Source of the DNA: the human T2T-CHM13v2.0 reference genome, Homo sapiens
NCBI RefSeq assembly: GCF_009914755.1
Contig: NC_060942.1
DNA length: 64,000 bases
Direction: 5' to 3' (one strand)
Shown here: positions 1-13,786 of the stretch, piece by piece
Layout of the letters: each line of letters starts with the position of its first letter
Numbering within the stretch: position 1 is the first letter of the stretch
The notes under the pieces: generated by a model
The model's database searches: none
What the model was told of the DNA's origin: nothing
Seen by the model: the letters and a program-made list of their open reading frames with translations, nothing else
Made by a program: the position numbers and the translations under genes

Positions 1-1183
1 AGGCTCCGATGGCCTCGCAGCCAAGAAACATGCTTATTTTTTTAACTCAGTGTTTCCCAAACATTTATGATCAGTACACAATACCTATTAATACCCTACA
101 CCAAACTAGCATTCTTTACAAACACGTATTTTTGGAAATGTTGGCCAATATAACAGTGGATTTGTTCAGTCCCCAGAAAAACATATTTAATCAGACCCTA
201 GTTTGGTTGAGCTGATGAGTCAATGTGGTTCTACTACTCAGCTGGGTGGCCAGCCCTCCGTCAAAAAGCCAGTCTCGAGTTGGCAGGAGGGCAGCATCTT
301 TGACCCAAAGGTCCAGGGTGTGTGGAAATCCGGAGGCAGGCCAGGTATTTCAAGGGGAACAAAACATGTGACCACCTAAAAAGCTGACTTCCTCATCCCA
401 ACAAAAAAAGAAGAGCCGGAAATCATTCAATTCATTCAGTGCTGTAGCTTGACGTCAATGATTTCAAAATACCTCTGGAAATGACTGATGAAAATAGAGG
501 ATATGGTCACAGGTAAAGTAGGGGGACTTTTTCATACTAGAAATGTTTAATTTCTGTTAACCATTTTTCTTTCTAACAGTGAGGTTAATGATCTGGGGTC
601 AGTGGAGGGGATAGAGTCTAGGGGTCGGGGTGTTTTTCATGTTAGAATTACTAAATTGCTGGAAGAGTTCCTTGCTGGAAACACAGAATAAGGAAAAAGT
701 GGCGGATCAGAGAGCCTGAATTCAGATGCTCTTTCCACTGAAGTTCCAGAGCAGGGTGTGTCATTACCTCACGAGGCAACAGCATTTTTTATCATAGCTG
801 CCAATTACAAAGCCATGCTTTTTCACACGTTTATTGTCAAAAAAAAATCCTGTGACATTTATCTACAAAGCAAAGCCACATCACTGTAGGAGACCAGTGG
901 TGAAGACTGGTAAAGTGTTTCCAGTTTATAAAGCATTTTCACACGCATCATGTTGTGTGTTCATCACTGTGATTTATAGAGGTGGGTAAGACAAGAACGA
1001 TGATCATTTTTCTTTTCTGGAAAAAGAAACCAAACCTCAGTGAGGTGAAGAGACTTATTATCCAAAGTCAGGGAAGAAAATTTTGGTGGGGGACCTGGGC
1101 CAGAAGCCTGAGAAACTCAAGACTCCAAACCCTATATTCTTTTTCAATCTTAAGGCTACAATCACCAAACCTCTGGTCCTAAC

Positions 1184-1469
1184 TTTTTTTTTTTTTTGAG
1201 ATGGAGTTTCGCTCTGTCACCCATGCTGGAGTGCAGTGGCATGATCTTGGCTCTGCCTCCCGGGTTCAAGCAATTCTCCTGTCTCAGCCTCCTGAGTAGC
1301 TGGGACTACATGCATGTGCCACCATGCCCAGATAATTTTTGTATTTTTAATAGAGACGGAGTTTCACCATATTGATCAGGCTGGTATCGAACTCCTAACC
1401 TCAGGTGATCCGCCCGCCTCGGCCTCCCAAAGTGCTGGGATTACAGGCGTGAGCCACCATGACCGCCTG
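1184..1469 (-). mobile_element. Alu (AluS-like)
   Basis: Alu dimer, poly-T at left, TSD ctggtcctaactttt on both sides. Confidence 0.93.
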
Positions 1470-2412
1470 GTCCTAACTTTTTAAACAAGCGAAGGAAGGG
1501 GAAAAGAGAAGGCTTAAACTACAGACCTGACAATGACAAAATGAAAAATTCACCCGTGAGTTTCTAAATGTGCTGTGAGTTGCTTTAACTGATCTTGTCA
1601 CTGGATAATTGCAGATATCCATCTGGACAGAGCAGCCCATTAGACAAGAGAAATTATATCAGATGTTACATTTCTCTAACGGAAAAAAGCAATTTATGTC
1701 TTAATTACTAAAGTGATGGAAAACAGGTTTTATATACTTAAGGAGTTGCAGTTATTTTGTTATAAAATAATGGGTTGGGGGGGAAGATGTTGCACTTGGT
1801 AAGGTTAAGTCATTGAATGCCTTTATATCAATATATGCAGAAACATACTCATTTTTCTCTATTTCCTAATGCATTTTATTTCTGGAATTATAGAACTTGG
1901 TTCGGAATTGGAAAGTACTTAGCTGTAAAAACTGACCACACGTGAAAAAATTCTTATCCTTGGAGATATTTTCAAAATAAAAATGTACAGTGATTTATAA
2001 AGATTTGGTTGTGGCTCTCTGAGACAGAAGGTTGTTTGAGAAATTGTCTGAAACGTTTAGGGTTTATGATCCATGATCAAAGCATAAAAGACATAGGAAA
2101 AAGAGCACTTCTTTTTAAAGGGTTAAAAATGATACCTGTGCTTCTCTCAGTAACTAATCTACATTATATCATCTGACAATATAATATAATAATATAATGT
2201 AGATTGGTATAATCTACATTATACCAATGTCACAGGATTTTTTTTTGACAATAAACGTATGAAAAAGCATGGCTTTGTAATTGGCAGCTAAACACCTACC
2301 AGCGATATCACAAACTCTATTCCTTGACGTGCATGTATTAATACATTCTTTCAGCACTTCTCAGATGTTAACAGAATAACATACTATGTGCTAAACCGTG
2401 ACGACATCTTAC

Positions 2413-2537
2413 CTTCCGAAGCACCCACGGCACTTGCCTTCCCTTTCAATATAGTTCCATAGGCCTATGGATTTTCCATTCAGGAAGGCCTCCCCCAAGC
2501 AGCCTTTAAAATGAGTAACCTTCACAGCAGGAGATTT
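2413..2537 (-). CDS. LAMA1: LAMA1 exon ~48 (end of LG1)
   Basis: tag|AAA...AG|gtaag; 125 nt, phase 0-2; KSPAVKVTHFKGCLGEAFLNGKSIGLWNYIEREGKCRGCFG. Confidence 0.96.
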
Positions 2538-3242
2538 CTAATGCAAACAAGCAAACAAACATAACCAATATATAAGCTGACCAAGCAAAATACATTCTCC
2601 AAGTGCACAAAACTTCTCTCTGGGAGCTTCAATCTAACAGATCCAAATTTTGAGAGAGCCACATTAGAAAAAAGCCAGTTTGTAATCACTGGATTTCCTT
2701 TCAGTTATGAAGTGGAATCCTAGAATGAGTAACAACTGGGCAGGATCTTAAAGATCATCTCAGTGACTAGGGTTGATGGAGAGAATCGTGTTGTACGAGT
2801 GAGAAAACAGAGAGCCAGAGAATGTGATTGGTAGTGAGGGCCCAGCTGGACCTGAGACCTAGACTCCCACTTCAGAGCATTGAACCAGATCCAAAAAACA
2901 CAATTATATTTGGTGAGAGGAGAACTGATATAATAAAATAAATATGGTGGGCTTTTTTGCTAAACACTGATTAGTATTAATTGACCACTAACTAGAGCTA
3001 GACTAGAGATAAAGAAACTTTACAGAAATTAACGTGGAGCACTGAATTTCCTGTTCATCACTGGGAAAGAAACCCAAACAGCAAGATGAGCCATTGGCTT
3101 TTTCTCCATTTATGCTACTGATGAAGCATCACCCTTTACTGTACAAAACCAGCCTAACTCTGCAGAGGAACTGTCAGAAAGCAAAACAAAAGCAGAAACA
3201 TCTTCATCTGCTTAGGATATATTCAACCATCTAAACATATGC

Positions 3243-3565
<323 letters not shown>

Positions 3566-3612
3566 TAAAATCAGTCAATCAGTCCTGTTCAGAAGAACTT
3601 TCGTAATGTTAC

Positions 3613-3763
3613 CTTGATTTGTCCTCCAAGACCTCCAACAAACATGAGTGTTGAATTGTTTACATCCAGAACATTAGCTGTCCCAGGGGATTTACTTGTT
3701 TTTGTTGGTGACTTTTGATTTGAGCTCATTTCCTTTACACTCAGTGAACCAATGTTTCCAAAT
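3613..3763 (-). CDS. LAMA1: LAMA1 exon ~47 (LG1)
   Basis: tag|A TTT...AAG|gtaac; 151 nt, phase 2-0; FGNIGSLSVKEMSSNQKSP...MFVGGLGGQIK. Confidence 0.96.
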
Positions 3764-4339
3764 CTAAGGGTTACAAAGAATTGCAAAAGAAATTTTCAGA
3801 ATTTCCAGTCAGCGCACATACAATCCCGTTTCCTTCACACCCACCATCTGCTTCTCCCCAAGGGCCCTGCAACAGCACCCCCCTGCTGGCCTCCTGGCTT
3901 CCAGTCTTGCCTACTGCCCGAAATCTTCAAGAGTGTCTCTTCCGAAACAGAAATTTCATCATGTTGTGTCCCTGCTTAAAACATCTGAGATGAGCTAAAC
4001 TGTATCTGAAGATATGTCTACTCCGTAAATATTATCCCATTTTGTAAATTAAAAAAATCCCAACAAACCATAATATTATAGAAAAGTGAAAACATACACT
4101 TAAAGCTGCTCAAAAGTGATTACCTCTGAAGGATTTTAAAAAGAAGAATTTTGCTTTGTGCCTGAATTTTAAGAAAATGCACCCCCCACTTGCATCCTTA
4201 TTTTCTGTCCTTGACTTAAGTGCAATGTGCTGCCAGCCACATGCAATGTCTACCATGCCACACCTTACACCTCTCTCCTGAGGAATTTTACCAGGTTGGC
4301 TGCCTTACACGTAGACTTTCTAAAAGTAACATTCTTTAC

Positions 4340-4638
<299 letters not shown>

Positions 4639-4799
4639 TCCAAAGGTAACCTAAACTTTTAGACATTTTAGACATTCTAAAGGTAACCTAAGCTTTTCAG
4701 TTTTTTCTTCTTCTGATTGTTGATTTTGGTATCAAAGTTTGTTTCTCCTGCAGTAAGAAAAAAATCCAAACCTTAAGTTTTTAAAAAAATTTTTTGAAT

Positions 4800-5296
<497 letters not shown>

Positions 5297-5458
5297 CACA
5301 AATGCTTATTTCTACAGCTAACCTAAACCAAGTATTGTTTGGTTATAATCTGACTTTCCAGAAGTTTCAAAGCCTATTATATGATGTTACAAGCATGTAA
5401 TTACTTATGAGACACACTTTAAAAAAGAGAGCTGCTTTGAGAGAACATTCTCTTCTAC

Positions 5459-5592
5459 CTGGCTACATGGATACTGTGCCATCTGTTGTCATCAATGGGA
5501 AAGTCTGGAAACTCCAAGCGTGTGGACCCGGAGCCCAGGTCCCACAGGAAGGCCACTCTCCCTCGCCGCATCTCCACTGCAAGGAAATCAGA
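5459..5592 (-). CDS. LAMA1: LAMA1 exon ~46 (LG1)
   Basis: cag|TCT...AG|gtaga; 134 nt, phase 0-2; SDFLAVEMRRGRVAFLWDLGSGSTRLEFPDFPIDDNRWHSIHVA. Confidence 0.96.
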
Positions 5593-6492
5593 CTGGGGGG
5601 CGAGGAATGAACGGGGATCAGTTTACACACTGGACTGTTTGCTGACCACCACAACACTTTACAGAGTCAATTCTTACGGGGTTTTCTCTTTTCTTAAAAA
5701 TAAATACATAAAAAGCAAACCCCCCAAATCTATTTTCTTTTGTTTGAAATGGTCCCTTCCCTGGAGCTGGGGCATGACTCACAGCCCCGGGGACATTAGC
5801 GCCTCCCTGCGTGCCTGGCATGGCCCTCCTCAATGTCTCCCACAGAGTCCCCAGGAAAATTCGCTGCAGGTCACAGGCAGTCCACAGGGAGCACCAGGGA
5901 AGGCACTGAGCTTGCTCCTTTGCCCAGTCTCCGAGGTAAGAAATGGATGTGAAATATGCAGTAAGACAGGAGCCATGAGGTCCCACCCCTGTCACAGACT
6001 TGCATGCACTTTGCATCTCATCTCCTGAAGACATTTCAGATACTATATGTGCCCGTTAACATTTTCTGCCCTACACACCCCAGGCTTCTGACCTGTTCTC
6101 ACTGGCACAGCCAAGGTATCGAAGACCTTTCATAGGCACTTGCCATCTGGAGACCACTGGAATCCTTGGCAAGAAAAACCTGACAGAAGCTTGACAATTC
6201 TGCTACTCAGTCACTCCAGGGGTCAACGGGGGAATCACAAAAAAGTTCCATCCCCAAGGCTTACAATTAAGATGGCATCCTTCAGAAACGCCACTTTCCT
6301 TCTCACAGGCATTCCATTTGGTAGTTTGTTCATTTTTCATCTAATGCTACCATTTTAACAAAGGTTAGTCCCTATGGGAGATTTAGAGATTTCACTAAGG
6401 CCTATTTTTTTTTCGTCAAATAAGTGAAAATTCAGAAAAATCTAGAAGTGCATAAAAGATTCAGTGTCGCTTTCCAAAGGTCCATAACTTAC

Positions 6493-6636
6493 AGCGGTGC
6501 TGCTACCGAGGTAGAAGAGAAGATTATCGGGTTCCTGTGTCTTAACATTTAGTGTTAAGGTATTGTAGTTGGTAGAGGAAATCTGAGGCTGGTAGGCCCG
6601 GATGCAATCTCTGTCTGCAGACACGGCGACTTTAAT
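6493..6636 (-). CDS. LAMA1: LAMA1 exon ~45 (IKVAV, start of LG1)
   Basis: cag|ATT AAA GTC GCC GTG...GCT|gtaagt; 144 nt, phase 0-0; IKVAVSADRDCIRAYQPQ...LLFYLGSSTA. Confidence 0.98.
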
Positions 6637-7142
6637 CTGTAGAAGGAAAATGAAAGTGTCCCCATCATTTAGTGACACACACCGGCAGCTCACCAGCAGC
6701 TCAACAATGCTATTCTGTAATGAATTTTCACTGAGGCAGGTTTCCTCTCTTGATAACATACAATGGTTCATGTTTCATGAAGTGACATATCAGATGGTAA
6801 CAAAAATGATTTCATTAAGTGTTTAAATATGAGAAAATCAGTGTTAGTTTTTAATAAGTTATTTTATATAGGAAACTGTCTTGCTCATATAAGATTTAAT
6901 TCCTTAAAGACAAGGATCTTATCACCTTGGAATCTTTCCGCCTGACACAAAGAAAGAGGGTATTTGATAATCATCTGTTGAATAAATGGAGAGGTAATAT
7001 ATTTATTCACTCAGCAGATATTTATAGAGCAATTATTGCACTTACTACATATTTCTTTGACTAGTAATTCGTTGCATATGTATCTTACATTAAAGAGTCT
7101 AAGTTTGGTATTAACCTAGCATCAAGAAGCATTCCTTGGGCT

Positions 7143-7147
7143 TATAT

Positions 7148-7182
<35 letters not shown>

Positions 7183-7460
7183 GGGTCTTGCTCTGTTGCC
7201 CAGGCTGGAGTGCAGTGGCGTGATCATAGCTCACTGCAGCCTTGAACTCCTAGGCTTGAGCAATCCTCCTGCCTCAGCCTCCTGAGTAGCTGGGACTACA
7301 GGTTCACACCACCAAGCCTGGTTATTATTATTATTTTTTTTAGTAGAGACAGGATCTTATTATGTTTCCTAAGCTCATCTCAAACTCCCGGCCTCAAGCA
7401 ATCCTCCCACCTCAACCTCCCAAATTGTGGGAGTTACGGGTGTGAGCTACCAGGCCCAGC
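7143..7460 (-). mobile_element. Alu (AluJ-like) with (TTTA)n tail
   Basis: J-type Alu; tail converted to a tetranucleotide microsatellite. Confidence 0.9.
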
Positions 7461-8278
7461 CTGTATTTATTTAGCAATTGTAACTGAAACAGATGCAAGC
7501 CAGAGCTCATGGAAACCAACATTCCTTTTCCAATAGCAAGGACACTTGAGGTTTTGGAAAAGACAGAGCCCTGTGCTCCTTTCTCTTCCCTAGAAAGCCT
7601 CAGGTGGACAAATGCAAGCCCAGAGGCTGCATTCATCCTCTCGAAGTCCCCAATCACATGACGACTGCACATTCTCTCAAAAGGAAACTTTTTCCCTTAG
7701 GGCACAGCCAGTGCCATGTGCCATGGGTAAAACATCTTCTCATGTGTGAACTGCTCCAGGTGTCCAGTGCCTCAGGCATTTAGTGACCTGGATTTGTGCA
7801 GCCTTCGTTGCATACAAACTGTTTTCTCAGACACCTCAAGGATGAGGCCCATACTACACAAACATTTTAAGGAATACTTGGATTATTAAAACTAAGTTGG
7901 TAAAACGAAGAACTAACACCACATGCAACCCATAAACTTAAGAGTGATGTTAACACGTAGATTTGACATGTTCCGCACTGTCCAGGCTAATAGTTTTAAA
8001 TTTAGTCTATAATGATAAATCTCCATAAAGACATGGAAATCTCTTTGCTAACAACATTTTGAAGCATGTTGAACAAAAGCAGAACTCAAAGAAAATGAAG
8101 CTAGTTATTGGCTTTAAATATACCAAGACAGGGCTATGAGGAAGCCCAGATTATTGGGATCTGGGTCTTTGGAAGCCCTAAGGGGCGCAGTGTGACTGAG
8201 GGCCATGTCTGCATGAATTCCCTGGGACCCCACATGACTGAGAGCCCAGTTACGAAAGCCACGGGGCCCCAAACTCAC

Positions 8279-8433
8279 AGAAGCTGCTTGTTTGCGGGCC
8301 TGGCTGATCAACAGTTTAATTTCTGATAGGTTTCTGCTCAGATTCTCCTCTAACATCTTCAAAGGCTTCAACCGATCAAACAAAAGGTTGGCTTGAATTT
8401 CCACGTCTTTGACTTTTCTTCCAGCCAACAGAG
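8279..8433 (-). CDS. LAMA1: LAMA1 exon ~44 (end of coiled coil)
   Basis: tag|CT CTG...TCT|gtgagt; 155 nt, phase 1-0; LLAGRKVKDVEIQANLLFDRLKPLK...QARKQAAS. Confidence 0.97.
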
Positions 8434-8747
8434 CTAACAAATACAAGAAGGCAAGGGGTGGCAAGAAAGTTGGGGAGAGGGAAAAACAAGATAATTAATT
8501 GTCCATTAACAATGCACTTGGTAAAACAACACCCTAACAATCAAAGCCATGACATTGTGGTACAAAGATGAAAACTGCACAAGTAGCATGCATTTCCCAA
8601 GGTCCTTCTCTTAATAAAGGCTAATCCAGATGTTAGCATACTTCTACTTTTCAGGAATGTTGTGAAAAACGCACCACTGTGTGCTTAGCTAGCTCCACGT
8701 CTGCATGACGCAGACGATCATGACTGGAAGGAAGGGCGCTGACATAC

Positions 8748-8930
8748 TGGCCATGGTGGAGTCCTGCAGAAGCTGGTGTGTCTCTCGTAATGTGGTGTTG
8801 ACCCTGGACAGGCTGGCAGATGTGTTCAGCAGCTCCTGGCTCAGCCCCGCCACGTCCCTCAGCGTGCTCACCGCGCTCTGGCTTGCAGACGTGGCCAGCT
8901 CTTTGGTTTTGGCTCCCTTGTCTCTTATAC
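8748..8930 (-). CDS. LAMA1: LAMA1 exon ~43 (coiled coil)
   Basis: tag|GT ATA...A|gtatgt; 183 nt, phase 1-1; IRDKGAKTKELATSASQSAVSTL...LLQDSTMA. Confidence 0.96.
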
Positions 8931-9888
8931 CTAAAATAAATGTATATAAAAGCATGCACTTCTGGTGCTTACACACAGAGAAAAGAATAAAACGACAACA
9001 AATGTAATTTCGCACAGAAATATATTATTGTCATATTACTGATGCTGAACACAAACTGAGGCTTGTCTGTTTGCTTTTTTTTCTTTTGGGCAGTGGTCAA
9101 TGAACTAAGAGCTTCTTGTTTCTAATGGCAATATTAAAGCTGCATATCATATGCTCTACTATCCCCTTTTAGGGACAAATGAAATAATTTTTGTTAATAC
9201 TTCTCTGGAATATGATTTCAATAAACAATGAGATCACAAAAGTAATGGCCAATCGCTGTGTGAGCTGTGTCTTACATCTTAATAAGCTGAACTTCTTTAT
9301 TTGGGTCCTTTTCCATCACTCCTTTCTCAGCTTCATGAAACATGTCCTCCACCTCCTTTCATGTCTGGATAATAAGGATTTGGATCCTAGGTCTGCAGCT
9401 AAGGTGGGAATGTCTTAAGTTAAAGGAAGAGGTATTTGCCCATAGCATCAACTGGCTGCTAGAAGTAACAGCAGAATAAAGCCCAAACAGCCACTCAAGG
9501 TAAATTGGAATTCAGTTATTCTAGAAAATCTGGGTGAGGATTTTTAAAAGACACTATCATTCATTTTCGAAGCATTTAATCACAAGTGGGGCAAAACATT
9601 TACAGCAGAAAAAGCTGGAAAAAGGGTATACAGGTGGCCTTTTTACTTTTCCTGAAACTTTTCTGTAGGCTCGAAATTATTTTCAAATAAAAACGTTATT
9701 AAGCATTTAGTCAAAATATACCATGGCATCCTTATAAAAAAAGAAAAGGAAAAAAAAAATCTTCCGGATCAGAAAATGCTCCATTGTTTCAAAGTAAGAA
9801 GTAAGCCCAATGCAGCATGCCCAGTTTCCCCAGGTAACTTCCATGCTTACAAACAGGACTTTGGGGCTTCCTGTTTTTAATGGCTTTA

Positions 9889-10125
<237 letters not shown>

Positions 10126-10169
10126 TCATTTGTATTACACATAAAAAAATTATCCTATTTAAAACTTTA

Positions 10170-10482
<313 letters not shown>

Positions 10483-11072
10483 TCACCCACTGGAAAGAAC
10501 CACCATCTGCTCTAATCATGTAGACTTATTGCGGCCTGGCTTCTCTGTTACAATAAAATTACTGTAGACCCCCCCAAAAAATTTCATGAATACCACATTT
10601 CTAAACCATCAGTATTAAAGTGATCAGTGAGCCTAATGTTTTACTGCCTCACTGAGGAAGATGGCCAAGCGAGCAGTCTTCAGTTCGCCACACTGATAAT
10701 GAATCTGGCATTTTCCCCTTAGGCAGGTAAAGCACATTCCAGCTTCTTTACTTGCTGACTTCTTTCAATGGTCCTTCTTCCTCTAAGCAATGTGTCAATC
10801 CCATTTCAAAAGTAAGCAATTCAGATACTATGCAGTCTCTGTTTTTAAGACTATAATTCTAGTAGCTTGATGCAAGTATTGTGATGTTATTTTAAAAACC
10901 AATGATTTTCATTTCTAAATCATATTCCTTTGCAAGTAAAAATTTTGCCAATCTTAGTCTCATTTTTGAGCTAAAGCCTTTATCAGTCTTGAGGCAGGAC
11001 TTCCTTATGCTCCTGAGTGATGCTTTTACAATGAGAAGACGTTATTTACAGAAGAAAGTCCTTTCCACTTAC

Positions 11073-11189
11073 CTTCAGGAATTGCTCTAAGTATCAAGAG
11101 TGATTCATTGGTTTGCCTGGTAATTTCAACAGCATTCTCTTGAAATCTGTTTGTCTTATTTCTCAATTCACTCAGTTCCAATGCAATAC
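11073..11189 (-). CDS. LAMA1: LAMA1 exon ~42 (coiled coil)
   Basis: tag|GT ATT...G|gtaagt; 117 nt, phase 1-1; IALELSELRNKTNRFQENAVEITRQTNESLLILRAIPE. Confidence 0.96.
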
Positions 11190-11364
11190 CTATTTAAAGG
11201 GAGAAAAATGTTTCCTTTCAGGTTAGCCTACAAAAAAGTTGCCTAGGCAACAGCTTTATCATTCTTGACCATCGACAGAATTCATAGCTTTCTAAAGAGA
11301 TTCCCAATATTGACAGTTTTTCCAGCAAGACTGAGCACCACTCATTATAGAAATTAAGAGTATG

Positions 11365-11746
<382 letters not shown>

Positions 11747-13048
11747 TTAAATTTCATGTCCAATTTTACTAGAGCTCAAGGATGAAGAGCTGTGTTTAAG
11801 TCACTCAGTCTTAATCAGACACACTAACTTTCTATTCCCATCTGAATCCTGGCCACCTTTCTCCTCTGGGTTGTAAAACCCCTAGGGTGGGCTCCTACCT
11901 GGGAGTCTTCCTCACAGTCTCCCACCTGCATCTCTGGCCAATCCTCCATCCCCTACTATTCCCTTCTGGCCATCCAACTGGAACTCAACTCAACCTCCTT
12001 CTCAAGTTTGATCACAGCTTTTACTTTTAAAATTTCTGTTCATAACATACAATCACATTTGGATTTTGAGCACATGGTTAAAACGTGAAATTTTAATTGC
12101 CAGCAAGCTCCCAATTTCACTACCTATGAAGTACCTCTAGTTGTACAGACTGAAATTACAGCCCATCAACACATTATACATTTTCAATACTGTGAGATGA
12201 CAACATAAATTTTAAACTGTGTCACTCAATGAGAAAAAAAAATTATGTACATATCCAAGCCTTTAGTTCAGACAGCTGTGGAAGGATCCAGTGTTAGACT
12301 CGGAAGTAAGTCACCTGTAAAGGGTATGAGCTGTGTGCCTGGCCCACTATTTACTCCTCCAGAAATCTTGGTATTTTTGATCTATTAGAATATATTAAGG
12401 TGGAAAGCACATTATTTGTTATAAAAAATTGTAGGCCTACATAGTTTCTCTTACATAACAGATTCCTGCTGCCACTTTGGTTCATGTTTATTGGATGGAT
12501 TGCTCTTACATATGCCAAGTCATTCATTCTTGAAACTTTAGGACAAACTAAACTGCATAGGTATTTTTTGAAAAATGGCTAAATCAATTAGGATTTAATT
12601 TAATAATTATTAAATGAGAACCTACCATGAGTCTAACATGATATTAGTTCCATGAGAAAGGTAAAAGAAATATCAAGCATAATACATCTCCTCAAGGAAA
12701 AACTAGAGGAGCACACGCAATCAAAGATAACCCAACAGACACTAGGAAGAACAGTGAAGGCTCCAAGCTAAGGCAATGAGTGGAGGATTAAGGACAGGTT
12801 AAAGATAGAGATGACTGCACAATAAAGGAACAGATATCACTAGAATAAAAATGCCAAATTATATGAAGTTTATATGATAGGAAGTTTATACGATAGGAAA
12901 ATTTATATGATAGGAAATTGGAATATAAATGGGACACAGAAATGCTAAGCTTCAAGTTGCTGCATGCAAGGAGAACATTCTTAGAGGCTGCTCAGTGAGA
13001 CGCTCACGCTCACTCTGCCTGTCTACACCGTCCGAGCCACATACTGAC

Positions 13049-13142
13049 CTGGAAGCTTCCTGCTGAGGTTGTTGCCTTCTTTTAGAAATCTGGAGCTGCG
13101 CTGCACGGCCGCTTTCCCGTTAGAAACAAGGGATTCTGAGAG
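13049..13142 (-). CDS. LAMA1: LAMA1 exon ~41 (coiled coil)
   Basis: cag|CTC...G|gtcagt; 94 nt, phase 0-1; LSESLVSNGKAAVQRSSRFLKEGNNLSRKLP. Confidence 0.96.
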
Positions 13143-13650
13143 CTGGAAAACAGAACCACTTAAGCGTGGTGAGAGCAGGGCAGGGTGGAGTCCTGCTGGG
13201 GACAGAGGAAGTGACTCCATCAGAGTAGCCCCCAGACACATTCCCAGCAAGAAAGTCAGCCAGGTACCAGGTAGGGACAATTTAAAATGGCTGAGGCAAG
13301 AGAAAACAAAGACATTTTTAAGTAGATAAGGAAGGAAACCAGCCATTCAATAAAGATTTTCACCATGGTTATAGAAAAATGTCTCCAGTAGGTATCAAGT
13401 AGCATCATCATTTTTAGCGCAAGGAAATGTGAGATTGTTCTCATCTCCACACTGGTTTCTAGTCTGTATAAAGAAGTATTTATGACCTTAAAAAATTAAA
13501 ACACAGATCATATGATGACAGAAGCCAGAAACAGATTCCACCAGAAAAGAATGTTAATAGGCAGAAATTGGGGCCACTGAATCTCTGCTCAAACCCGGTA
13601 CAGAAAAATCTCCCACAGAGCCCAGAAAAAGAAGCCACGTCGTTTCCTAC

Positions 13651-13786
13651 CAGGCTCGTCTCAGTCACAGTCCTGTGAGCATCTCTGGCCAGTTCCTCCG
13701 ATTCTTCAATCAGGCTCTGGATGTTGTAATGGACATAGGCTGCACTGGTGGCATTCAGGGACACATTTCTGATGTTTTCAAGGCCA
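13651..13786 (-). CDS. LAMA1: LAMA1 exon ~40 (coiled coil)
   Basis: tag|T GGC...CTG|gtagg; 136 nt, phase 2-0; GLENIRNVSLNATSAAYVHYNIQ...TVTETSL. Confidence 0.96.

Noticed and set aside
5486-6028. Longest ORF in the track (180 aa, plus strand)
   Set aside because: Antisense to exon 46 plus GC-rich intron; no recognisable domain; expected by chance
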